From Escherichia coli (lineage in GTDB: Bacteria > Pseudomonadota > Gammaproteobacteria > Enterobacterales > Enterobacteriaceae): a stretch of 64,000 bases of DNA. The notes beneath the pieces are model-generated. The model was not told the DNA's origin. It ran no database searches and saw only the letters and a program-made list of their open reading frames with translations. The translations under genes were made by a program, and so were the position numbers. Positions 7,671 through 19,069 of the stretch are shown one piece after another; positions within the stretch are counted from its first letter, which is position 1, and each line of letters opens with the position of its first letter. Where the stretch lies: the NCBI RefSeq assembly GCF_024223415.1, contig NZ_CP100500.1, one strand, 5' to 3'.

Positions 7671-7954
7671 GAGCGTGACAACCAGGTAACTAATCTCGCT
7701 GGTGGGCGTGATGTCGATATGGTGATCCCCATAACGGGTTATCCGTGATCATCCACCAGCTTCATGGCAGATAGCCGGAAAATGATAACGGTTAAGCAAA
7801 ACTGCCAGCAAATTTCCCTTTTGTTTGTTATTGTTCGTCGTTGTTCGTAGAGCTTCAACAAAATGTGTGGTCAGTTGTGTGGTCAGTTTTGAGGTTTTTA
7901 ATTCTTATGTGCTGAAAAACTTATTAATTATCAACTGATAACAAAAATTAGTAA

Positions 7955-8048
7955 GAAATACCCGTATCACCTGATCTGGATAATGCCAGCGTAGGGAAGT
8001 CACGGACCACCAGGTCATTGCTTCTTCACGTTATGGCAGGAGCAAACT
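7955..8048 (+). promoter_or_regulatory. 3' portion of thiM TPP riboswitch (thi-box) and expression platform; 5' half of aptamer absent
   Basis: GAAATACCCGTATCACCTGATCTGGATAATGCCAGCGTAGGGAAGT matches the well-studied E. coli thiM aptamer 3' half from memory; expected upstream GGGGTGCCCTTCTGCGTGAAGGCTGA is replaced by AT-rich unrelated sequence. Confidence 0.6.
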
Positions 8049-8837
8049 ATGCAAGTCGACCTGCTGGGTTCAGCGCAATCTGCGCACGCGTTACACCTTT
8101 TTCACCAACATTCCCCTCTTGTGCACTGCATGACCAATGATGTGGTGCAAACCTTTACCGCCAATACCTTGCTGGCGCTCGGTGCATCGCCAGCGATGGT
8201 TATCGAAACCGAAGAGGCCAGTCAGTTTGCGGCTATCGCCAGTGCCTTGTTGATTAACGTTGGCACACTGACGCAGCCACGCGCTCAGGCGATGCGTGCT
8301 GCCGTTGAGCAAGCAAAAAGCTCTCAAACACCCTGGACGCTTGATCCAGTAGCGGTGGGTGCGCTCGATTATCGCCGCCATTTTTGTCATGAACTTTTAT
8401 CTTTTAAACCGGCAGCGATACGTGGTAATGCTTCGGAAATCATGGCATTAGCTGGCATTGCTAATGGCGGACGGGGAGTGGATACCACTGACGCCGCAGC
8501 TAACGCGATACCCGCTGCACAAACACTGGCACGGGAAACTGGCGCAATCGTCGTGGTCACTGGCGAGATGGATTATGTTACCGATGGACATCGTATCATT
8601 GGTATTCACGGTGGTGATCCGTTAATGACCAAAGTGGTAGGAACTGGCTGTGCATTATCGGCGGTTGTCGCTGCCTGCTGTGCGTTACCAGGCGATACGC
8701 TGGAAAATGTCGCATCTGCCTGTCACTGGATGAAACAAGCCGGAGAACGCGCAGTCGCCAGAAGCGAGGGGCCAGGCAGTTTTGTTCCACATTTCCTTGA
8801 TGCGCTCTGGCAATTGACGCAGGAGGTGCAGGCATGA
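8049..8837 (+). CDS. thiM: hydroxyethylthiazole kinase
   Basis: 262 aa ORF, recognised ThiM sequence; overlaps thiD start. Confidence 0.95.
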
Positions 8838-9634
8838 AACGAATTAACGCTCTGACGATTGCCGGTACTGATCCGAGTGGTGGTGCGGGGATTCAGGCCG
8901 ATCTTAAAACCTTCTCGGCACTTGGCGCTTATGGTTGCTCAGTTATTACTGCACTGGTGGCGCAAAATACCCGTGGCGTACAGTCGGTGTATCGCATTGA
9001 GCCTGATTTTGTCGCCGCCCAGCTCGATTCGGTGTTCAGCGATGTGCGAATCGATACCACTAAAATCGGTATGCTGGCGGAAACCGATATTGTTGAAGCG
9101 GTGGCAGAACGGTTGCAACGTTATCAGATCCAAAACGTGGTACTCGACACCGTTATGCTGGCAAAAAGCGGCGACCCGCTGCTTTCACCTTCGGCGGTTG
9201 CTACGCTGCGCAGTCGATTATTGCCACAGGTTTCATTAATAACGCCAAACTTGCCCGAAGCTGCCGCCTTGCTCGACGCGCCACACGCGCGCACCGAACA
9301 GGAAATGCTGGAACAAGGGCGATCGCTGTTGGCGATGGGCTGTGGCGCAGTGCTAATGAAAGGTGGTCATCTGGATGATGAGCAAAGCCCGGACTGGCTG
9401 TTTACCCGCGAGGGTGAACAACGGTTTACCGCACCGCGCATTATGACCAAAAACACCCACGGCACTGGTTGTACACTCTCTGCGGCGTTGGCTGCACTAC
9501 GCCCGCGCCATACAAACTGGGCTGACACCGTACAGGAGGCAAAAAGCTGGCTTTCATCGGCGTTAGCCCAGGCCGACACGCTGGAAGTTGGTCACGGTAT
9601 TGGTCCGGTTCACCACTTCCACGCCTGGTGGTGA
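8834..9634 (+). CDS. thiD: hydroxymethylpyrimidine / phosphomethylpyrimidine kinase
   Basis: 266 aa ORF, recognised ThiD. Confidence 0.95.
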
Positions 9635-9689
9635 GCACCGTACTATAGCTGCTTTGGTTATTGTCAGCCTTTGGCACTGACATTCAGGG

Positions 9690-10517
9690 ATGAAACCAAT
9701 GCAGCTAAGAATTACCAGTCGAAAAAAACTCACCTCTCTATTATGCGCTCTTGGGCTAATTTCCATCGTTGCAATTTATCCGCGTCAGACGGTGAATTTT
9801 TTCTATTCGACAGCAGTTCAGATTACAGACTACATCCACTTCTACGGTTATCGCCCGGTTAAATCTTTCGCTATTCGCATTCCTGCCAGTTACACCATTC
9901 ACGGAATAGATGTTTCGCGCTGGCAGGAGCGGATCGACTGGCAGCGGGTGGCAAAAATGCGCGACAACGGTATCCGCTTACAGTTTGCTTTTATTAAGGC
10001 GACGGAAGGCGAAAAGCTGGTGGACCCCTATTTTTCGCGTAACTGGCAACTAAGCCGCGAAAATGGCCTGCTGCGTGGGGCGTATCATTATTTCTCCCCG
10101 TCGGTATCCGCTTCAGTTCAGGCGAGATTATTTCTGCAAACGGTGGATTTCTCACAAGGCGATTTCCCTGCCGTGCTGGACGTAGAAGAACGGGGAAAAT
10201 TATCGGCAAAAGAATTACGCAAGCGGGTAAGTCAGTGGCTAAAAATGGTCGAAAAAAGTACGGGGAAAAAGCCGATTATTTACTCAGGAGCCGTTTTTTA
10301 TCACACCAATCTGGCGGGCTATTTCAATGAATATCCGTGGTGGGTGGCTCACTACTATCAACGTCGTCCGGACAATGACGGAATGGCCTGGCGCTTCTGG
10401 CAGCATTCCGACCGTGGACAGGTAGATGGCATCAATGGTCCGGTGGATTTTAATGTATTTAATGGCACGGTGGAGGAGTTGCAGGCATTCGTTGATGGGA
10501 TTAAAGAAACGCCTTAA
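9690..10517 (+). CDS. yegX: glycoside hydrolase family 25 (lysozyme-like) protein
   Basis: 275 aa; N-terminal hydrophobic segment; GH25-like region (IHGIDVSRWQ...); conserved position next to thiD. Confidence 0.8.
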   Translation: MKPMQLRITSRKKLTSLLCALGLISIVAIYPRQTVNFFYSTAVQITDYIHFYGYRPVKSFAIRIPASYTIHGIDVSRWQERIDWQRVAKMRDNGIRLQFAFIKATEGEKLVDPYFSRNWQLSRENGLLRGAYHYFSPSVSASVQARLFLQTVDFSQGDFPAVLDVEERGKLSAKELRKRVSQWLKMVEKSTGKKPIIYSGAVFYHTNLAGYFNEYPWWVAHYYQRRPDNDGMAWRFWQHSDRGQVDGINGPVDFNVFNGTVEELQAFVDGIKETP

Positions 10518-10568
10518 ATAAGAAGCAGTGATATACTCCCACCAGACTCCCCGGCAGGAAAAAGACAA

Positions 10569-11315
10569 ATGGAACAAGCGCATACCCAGCTGATTGCCCA
10601 ACTGAACGAGCGTATTTTAGCGGCGGATAACACGCCGCTTTATATTAAGTTTGCCGAAACGGTAAAAAATGCCGTGCGCAGCGGGGTGCTGGAGCATGGC
10701 AATATTTTGCCCGGTGAGCGTGATTTAAGTCAGTTAACCGGCGTTTCGCGCATTACGGTGCGCAAGGCGATGCAGGCGCTGGAAGAAGAGGGTGTGGTGA
10801 CGCGTTCGCGCGGTTACGGCACGCAGATCAACAACATCTTCGAATACTCGTTGAAAGAAGCGCGAGGTTTTTCTCAGCAGGTGGTATTGCGCGGGAAAAA
10901 GCCCGATACGCTATGGGTTAACAAGCGTGTCGTGAAATGTCCCGAAGAAGTCGCGCAGCAGCTGGCGGTCGAAGCAGGAAGTGATGTCTTTTTGCTTAAG
11001 CGTATTCGCTATGTCGATGAAGAAGCGGTATCGATTGAGGAATCGTGGGTTCCGGCGCATTTAATTCATGATGTTGATGCCATCGGGATTTCACTTTATG
11101 ACTATTTCCGCAGCCAGCACATTTACCCACAACGTACGCGTTCCCGCGTTAGCGCCCGGATGCCAGATGCCGAGTTTCAGTCACATATTCAGTTAGATAG
11201 CAAAATACCGGTGCTGGTGATCAAGCAAGTGGCGCTTGACCAACAGCAACGGCCTATTGAATACAGCATTAGCCACTGTCGCAGCGATCTATACGTTTTT
11301 GTGTGCGAGGAGTAG
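10569..11315 (+). CDS. yegW: GntR-family transcriptional regulator
   Basis: 248 aa; N-terminal GntR-type HTH, UTRA-like C-terminus. Confidence 0.85.
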   Translation: MEQAHTQLIAQLNERILAADNTPLYIKFAETVKNAVRSGVLEHGNILPGERDLSQLTGVSRITVRKAMQALEEEGVVTRSRGYGTQINNIFEYSLKEARGFSQQVVLRGKKPDTLWVNKRVVKCPEEVAQQLAVEAGSDVFLLKRIRYVDEEAVSIEESWVPAHLIHDVDAIGISLYDYFRSQHIYPQRTRSRVSARMPDAEFQSHIQLDSKIPVLVIKQVALDQQQRPIEYSISHCRSDLYVFVCEE

Positions 11316-12254
11316 TTCCTCGCGCGTTGGCGCACAATCACCGCCCCGATGCCCGACAACCCACGACGCCACTGCATTGCCCAGTAATACGGCATCCGCC
11401 AGTGGCAGACCAGAGGCCAGCCCGGCAAGTACGCCACCGGCATGACTGTCGCCCGCCCCAATGGTGTCGACAACTTGCGTTGGAAATGCCGGAATGCAGC
11501 CAGAAGCGTCGTTGCTGAAATACCATGCGCCTTCTTTATCGAGACGAACGATCAACGGCGCGGCAAATTTCTCCTGCCATTGTTTGCCAAGTGTTGTTAT
11601 CTCTGCGGATAAAGCAAAACGTTCGGCGGCAATCTCAGCCTCTTGACGATTGAGCGACACTAAAGGTCGACAGGCCATGATCCGCGCCAGTAATGCATCC
11701 GGGATATCGCCAATACGTGGGCCAAAATCGATAAACGGCGTCACGTCTTGCAGCTTTTCCAGCCATTCCACTAATAATTCGCCGCAGGGCGAGGCCAGTT
11801 GATAACCGGAAAAATAGAGCAGGCTGCCAGGCGCAACGGTTAATCGCGCCAGACACTGGCGATTCCACTGATTTTCCACACCGCTGAATGACATAAAAGT
11901 GCGTTCGCCATCCGGCTCAACCAGCGCCAGACACCAGCCGTTATCACCTTCGGCGTTATCGATCAGGCTGATTAAGCCCTCTTTTGCCATCCGGTTGCGA
12001 ATAATCTCCGCCCACACGCCCTGACCGAGCGGCAAGGCATTACCCGCTTCGATGCCGAGGCGCTTTAACGCCACGGCAATATTCAGTGCGCAGCCGCCAA
12101 CGTTAACGCTCTGCTGTTTCAGTTCGATATCGCACCCACGCCAGGGGAGGGCATAAGCGTCGGCGATCACGTCAATGACCGCCGCGCCGACGACCATCAC
12201 CGACTGACGCGTGGTTAATTCAGGCAGCAGCGTGTGTAATCGAGCGCCGCTCAT
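11289..12254 (-). CDS. yegV: PfkB-family sugar/nucleoside kinase
   Basis: 321 aa; PfkB motifs (GGCALN, DTIGAGD); conserved synteny. Confidence 0.85.
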   Translation of the reverse strand: MSGARLHTLLPELTTRQSVMVVGAAVIDVIADAYALPWRGCDIELKQQSVNVGGCALNIAVALKRLGIEAGNALPLGQGVWAEIIRNRMAKEGLISLIDNAEGDNGWCLALVEPDGERTFMSFSGVENQWNRQCLARLTVAPGSLLYFSGYQLASPCGELLVEWLEKLQDVTPFIDFGPRIGDIPDALLARIMACRPLVSLNRQEAEIAAERFALSAEITTLGKQWQEKFAAPLIVRLDKEGAWYFSNDASGCIPAFPTQVVDTIGAGDSHAGGVLAGLASGLPLADAVLLGNAVASWVVGHRGGDCAPTREELLLAHKNV

Positions 12255-13255
12255 ACCGCCTCCCGTTGTTGACGATATTTCGCCAGCGCTGTGGCATAGC
12301 GGTTGAAATCAAGCTGATTTACCGCATCCAGCTCCGCCTTTAACGCAGGATCGATAGCGTTAATGCCATGCAACGCGCCGCAGATTGCCGTCGCCATAGC
12401 ACCGATGGTGTCTGTATCGCCGCCAAGGTTAGCGCACAGTACGGCGCAACGGTTCGGGTCGGTTTGTGCCAGTTCAACCAGCGCAATGGCGCACGGAACG
12501 GACTCAATAGTGCTGGTACCTGCGCCAACGACCTGGTAAAGCTGTTCGCTGGCGGATTCGGTGCCGTCGGCATTGCGCACAATTTTCAGCGCAATCTCCA
12601 ACCGCGCTGCCAGTGAGGCGCTGAACGTAGTGATGCGTTTTTGCTGTGCATGTCGCGCAATTGAAGGCAGGGAATCAACAATCGCTGACCAGCTTTCTCC
12701 GTCAATGGCACGAGAAATCGCCCATGCGATGACTACCGCGCCTGCAACCGCCAGATCGGATTTATGGGTCGGGCTGGACGCCAGCGCTACATCATCAATA
12801 AAGGAATCAACATCACGCGCCGGAAGCAAACAACCTAATGGCGAGACGCGCATCGCTGCGCCGTTGGTCACGCCGTTGTTTTCCAGTTCAGCAACGGGTT
12901 TACCGTCGCGAATGGCGTTAAGCGCAATCTTCGAGGTCGGACCTAGTACGTTTTTGTTAAAGGCGTCGAAACGCAGCGCCCAGTCGAGAATATTACGCCC
13001 AATCAGATCCGGATCGATCTTGCCTTCACGTTCCAGTAACGCATCCGCCAGACACAGCGCCATCGAGGTATCGTCGGTGAATTCGGCGCGGTTAAAATAA
13101 CAGGCCGCGTTATTCTCCTTTGGTCCAGGAAGAAAACGGTCAATCCAGCCAAAGTGTGCTTTAACGCGGCTGCGTGGCCAAAGCTCGGAGGGCATCCCCA
13201 TCGCATCCCCTAACGCCTGCCCATAAAGAGCACCGAGAATACGTTCTGTTTTCAT
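12251..13255 (-). CDS. yegU: ADP-ribosylglycohydrolase family protein
   Basis: 334 aa; ADP-ribosylglycohydrolase-like sequence; translationally coupled to yegT and yegV. Confidence 0.85.
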   Translation of the reverse strand: MKTERILGALYGQALGDAMGMPSELWPRSRVKAHFGWIDRFLPGPKENNAACYFNRAEFTDDTSMALCLADALLEREGKIDPDLIGRNILDWALRFDAFNKNVLGPTSKIALNAIRDGKPVAELENNGVTNGAAMRVSPLGCLLPARDVDSFIDDVALASSPTHKSDLAVAGAVVIAWAISRAIDGESWSAIVDSLPSIARHAQQKRITTFSASLAARLEIALKIVRNADGTESASEQLYQVVGAGTSTIESVPCAIALVELAQTDPNRCAVLCANLGGDTDTIGAMATAICGALHGINAIDPALKAELDAVNQLDFNRYATALAKYRQQREAV

Positions 13256-14529
13256 TTAACTTCCCCTTGTGTCAACGCAATATCGCGATCATCGACCTTG
13301 ATAGCCGTAATTTCGTTGTCGGATTCGCGGAAAAAAATCATGAACAGCACGGCGATAATGGCAATCATCACCGCGCCGAAAGTCCACATCCCGGACCAGT
13401 TGAAAGTCAGTCCGTTTACCGGTTCCTGATAAGCGAACATCTTTTCCATCATCACACCGCCAAGACGATAGCCGAGCAAACTGCCGAAGCCCTGGCAGCA
13501 GAGCGTGATCAGCCCCTGCGCAGCGGTACGCATATGCACGGGGGCTTTTTTATCGACATAGATGTAAGCGGTAACGTAGTAAAAATCGTAACTTACGCCG
13601 TGAAGCAAAATACCGAGGAACAGTAACGCGTAGGTGAAATATTCATCCGCACTACCGTAAATAAAGAAGCCATAGCGGATCGCAGCGGTGACCAGACCAA
13701 GCAATAATACCTTTTTGATACCAAAGCGTTTAGTGAAAAACGGCAATGCCAGCATAAAGAAGATTTCAGAGAACTGGCCGAGCGTCATCCAGCCGGTGGC
13801 GTTTTTCATGCCAACTTCGGTCAGATAACCGTTGGCAAAGATGTAATAGAACGCTAGTGGCATCGCAAACAGGAATGAACAGAAGAAAAAGACGAGGAAG
13901 TTTTTATCGCGCAGCAGGATCAGCGCATCCAGGCCGAGCATGACTTTAATATCCATTTTGCCGGTGCTTTTTGGTGGCGTGTCGGGCAGGAAAAACGCAA
14001 ACACACCGAGCAGAGCAGAACTTCCGGCGGTAATCAGCAGCGGGATGTTAGTCGGTGAGATATCGGCATACCCCAGTATTTGCGGCAAGAAACCACATGC
14101 CAGACCGGAGGCAATCCAGCCGATAGTGCCCATCACACGAATGCGCGGGAAATCACGCTCAACATCCGGCACGTTGGCAAAAGCGATGCTGTTAGTCAGC
14201 GCAATGGTCGGCATATAGGTTAGCGAGTAGGCCAGCAGTAACGGGAAGAACCCGGCAAAAGTGGTCTGTTGCGCAGCGAAATACATCAGCAGCGCGCCTG
14301 CGAACATCAATACCGCCAGCACTTTCTGCGCCGAGAAAAAGCGGTCAGTGATGGAGCCAACCAGAATTGGCGACAGGATCGCCGCAATGGCGGTACAGGC
14401 ATACGACCAGCCAATTTCTCCGGCACTAAAACCGCTTTTACTTAACCACAACCACAATGGCACAAACCACGCGCCCCAGATAAACCATTCAACAAACATC
14501 ATGAACGACAGCTTTGCTGTTGTTTTCAT
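13252..14529 (-). CDS. yegT: nucleoside:H+ symporter family MFS transporter
   Basis: 425 aa polytopic membrane protein. Confidence 0.85.
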   Translation of the reverse strand: MKTTAKLSFMMFVEWFIWGAWFVPLWLWLSKSGFSAGEIGWSYACTAIAAILSPILVGSITDRFFSAQKVLAVLMFAGALLMYFAAQQTTFAGFFPLLLAYSLTYMPTIALTNSIAFANVPDVERDFPRIRVMGTIGWIASGLACGFLPQILGYADISPTNIPLLITAGSSALLGVFAFFLPDTPPKSTGKMDIKVMLGLDALILLRDKNFLVFFFCSFLFAMPLAFYYIFANGYLTEVGMKNATGWMTLGQFSEIFFMLALPFFTKRFGIKKVLLLGLVTAAIRYGFFIYGSADEYFTYALLFLGILLHGVSYDFYYVTAYIYVDKKAPVHMRTAAQGLITLCCQGFGSLLGYRLGGVMMEKMFAYQEPVNGLTFNWSGMWTFGAVMIAIIAVLFMIFFRESDNEITAIKVDDRDIALTQGEVK

Positions 14530-14785
14530 CTTTTAATTCCTTCATGACAGGTAATGTAAGGTACGCGATGACAATACCACTTAATAATACCTTTTAAATA
14601 CCTTTGCGGTGAAAACTTGACCGCGCTAACATTTTTTCTGATGAATCGAGCCAACAGAAAACGCTGAAAAAACATCCAAAAGATGGAAAAACTCGCCCGT
14701 AACGACCAGGATTATGATTGCCCGCAAAAGGCGGGCCAGGAAAATCCATAGCCGATATCCAATCGGAATTTACGGGAGCATAGTA

Positions 14786-15838
14786 ATGACAGATATTGCG
14801 CAGTTGCTTGGCAAAGACGCCGACAACCTTTTACAGCACCGTTGTATGACTATTCCTTCTGACCAGCTTTATCTCCCCGGACATGACTACGTAGACCGCG
14901 TGATGATTGACAATAATCGCCCGCCTGCGGTGTTACGTAATATGCAGACGTTGTACAACACCGGGCGTCTGGCTGGCACAGGATATCTTTCTATTCTGCC
15001 GGTTGACCAGGGGGTTGAGCACTCTGCCGGAGCTTCATTTGCTGCTAACCCGCTCTACTTTGACCCGAAAAACATTGTTGAACTGGCGATCGAAGCGGGC
15101 TGTAACTGTGTGGCGTCAACTTACGGCGTGCTGGCGTCGGTATCGCGGCGTTATGCGCATCGCATTCCATTCCTCGTCAAACTTAATCACAACGAGACGC
15201 TAAGTTACCCAAACACCTACGATCAAACGCTGTATGCCAGCGTGGAGCAGGCGTTCAACATGGGCGCGGTGGCGGTTGGTGCGACTATCTATTTTGGCTC
15301 GGAAGAGTCACGTCGCCAGATTGAAGAAATTTCTGCGGCTTTTGAACGTGCGCACGAGCTGGGCATGGTGACAGTGCTGTGGGCCTATTTGCGTAACTCC
15401 GCCTTTAAGAAAGATGGCGTTGATTACCATGTCTCCGCCGACCTGACTGGTCAGGCGAACCATCTGGCGGCAACCATAGGTGCAGATATCGTCAAACAAA
15501 AAATGGCGGAAAATAACGGCGGCTATAAAGCGATTAATTACGGTTATACCGACGATCGCGTGTACAGCAAGTTAACCAGCGAAAACCCGATTGATCTGGT
15601 GCGTTATCAGTTAGCTAACTGCTATATGGGCCGGGCTGGGTTGATAAACTCCGGCGGTGCTGCGGGCGGTGAAACTGACCTCAGTGATGCAGTGCGTACT
15701 GCGGTTATCAACAAACGCGCTGGCGGAATGGGGCTGATTCTTGGACGTAAAGCGTTCAAGAAATCGATGGCTGACGGCGTGAAACTGATTAACGCCGTGC
15801 AGGACGTTTATCTCGATAGCAAAATTACTATCGCCTGA
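14786..15838 (+). CDS. fbaB: class I fructose-bisphosphate aldolase
   Basis: Start at internal ATG 14786 ([16 protein letters not shown]) giving 350 aa as in FbaB. Confidence 0.9.
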
Positions 15839-15841
15839 TAC

Positions 15842-15990
15842 GCCTTATACGGACAACACCACCCCGTAGGACGGATAAGGCGTTTACGCTGCATCCGGCA
15901 ACCTATGCCTGATGCGACGCTGAAGCGTCTTATCATGCCTACATAGCACTGCCACGTATGTTTACACCGCATCCGGCATAAAAACACGCG
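15842..15990. repeat. REP/BIME cluster
   Basis: Multiple GCCGGATGCGGCG / CGCATCCGGC-type palindromic units. Confidence 0.7.
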
Positions 15991-16000
15991 CACTTTGCTA

Positions 16001-16029
16001 CGGCTTCCCCCGGGAGGCCGTTTTTTTTG
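16001..16029 (+). terminator. rho-independent terminator
   Basis: CGGCTTCCCCCGGGAGGCCG hairpin followed by TTTTTTTT. Confidence 0.6.
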
Positions 16030-16089
16030 CCTGTCATTCTGGATTAATTTTCACATTGTCGTTTTTGTGATCGTTATCTCGACATTTAA

Positions 16090-18289
<2,200 letters not shown>

Positions 18290-18298
18290 GGACGGTAT

Positions 18299-18751
18299 AT
18301 GACTAACCTGTTTGTTCGTAGCGGAATTTCTTTTGTCGATCGTAGCGAAGTTTTAACCCATATCGGTAATGAGATGCTCGCCAAAGGTGTGGTTCATGAT
18401 ACCTGGCCACAGGCATTAATTGCCAGAGAAGCAGAATTCCCTACCGGGATAATGCTTGAGCAGCACGCTATTGCAATACCGCATTGTGAGGCGATTCATG
18501 CTAAGTCGTCAGCCATTTATCTGTTAAGGCCAACAAATAAAGTTCATTTTCAGCAAGCGGATGATGATAACGACGTGGCGGTATCGTTGGTTATTGCGTT
18601 GATTGTGGAAAATCCGCAGCAGCAATTGAAACTTTTACGCTGTTTATTTGGCAAGTTACAACAGCCCGATATCGTCGAGACACTAATCACTCTTCCTGAA
18701 ACCCAGTTAAAGGAATACTTCACAAAGTATGTTTTAGATTCAGACGAATAA
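18299..18751 (+). CDS. gatA: galactitol PTS EIIA component
   Basis: 150 aa, operon position. Confidence 0.9.
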   Translation: MTNLFVRSGISFVDRSEVLTHIGNEMLAKGVVHDTWPQALIAREAEFPTGIMLEQHAIAIPHCEAIHAKSSAIYLLRPTNKVHFQQADDDNDVAVSLVIALIVENPQQQLKLLRCLFGKLQQPDIVETLITLPETQLKEYFTKYVLDSDE

Positions 18752-18781
18752 ATCCCTCTGTAACAATAAAAAGGACTATTT

Positions 18782-19066
18782 ATGAAACGCAAGATTATTG
18801 TCGCTTGCGGAGGCGCGGTTGCGACCTCTACGATGGCGGCGGAAGAAATTAAAGAGTTGTGTCAGAATCATAATATTCCTGTTGAATTAATCCAGTGTCG
18901 GGTTAATGAAATAGAAACCTATATGGATGGTGTGCATTTGATATGCACCACTGCCAAAGTGGATCGTAGTTTTGGCGATATTCCGTTAGTTCACGGCATG
19001 CCTTTTATTTCTGGTATCGGTATCGAAGCATTACAAAATAAAATTCTGACTATCTTACAGGGGTGA
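18782..19066 (+). CDS. gatB: galactitol PTS EIIB component
   Basis: 94 aa, operon position. Confidence 0.9.
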   Translation: MKRKIIVACGGAVATSTMAAEEIKELCQNHNIPVELIQCRVNEIETYMDGVHLICTTAKVDRSFGDIPLVHGMPFISGIGIEALQNKILTILQG

Positions 19067-19069
19067 CCT

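Noticed and set aside
1-7950. Integrase or excisionase gene of the inserted element
   Set aside because: No tyrosine or serine recombinase motifs seen in any ORF in the window; it is presumably beyond the left edge. Not reported as a feature.
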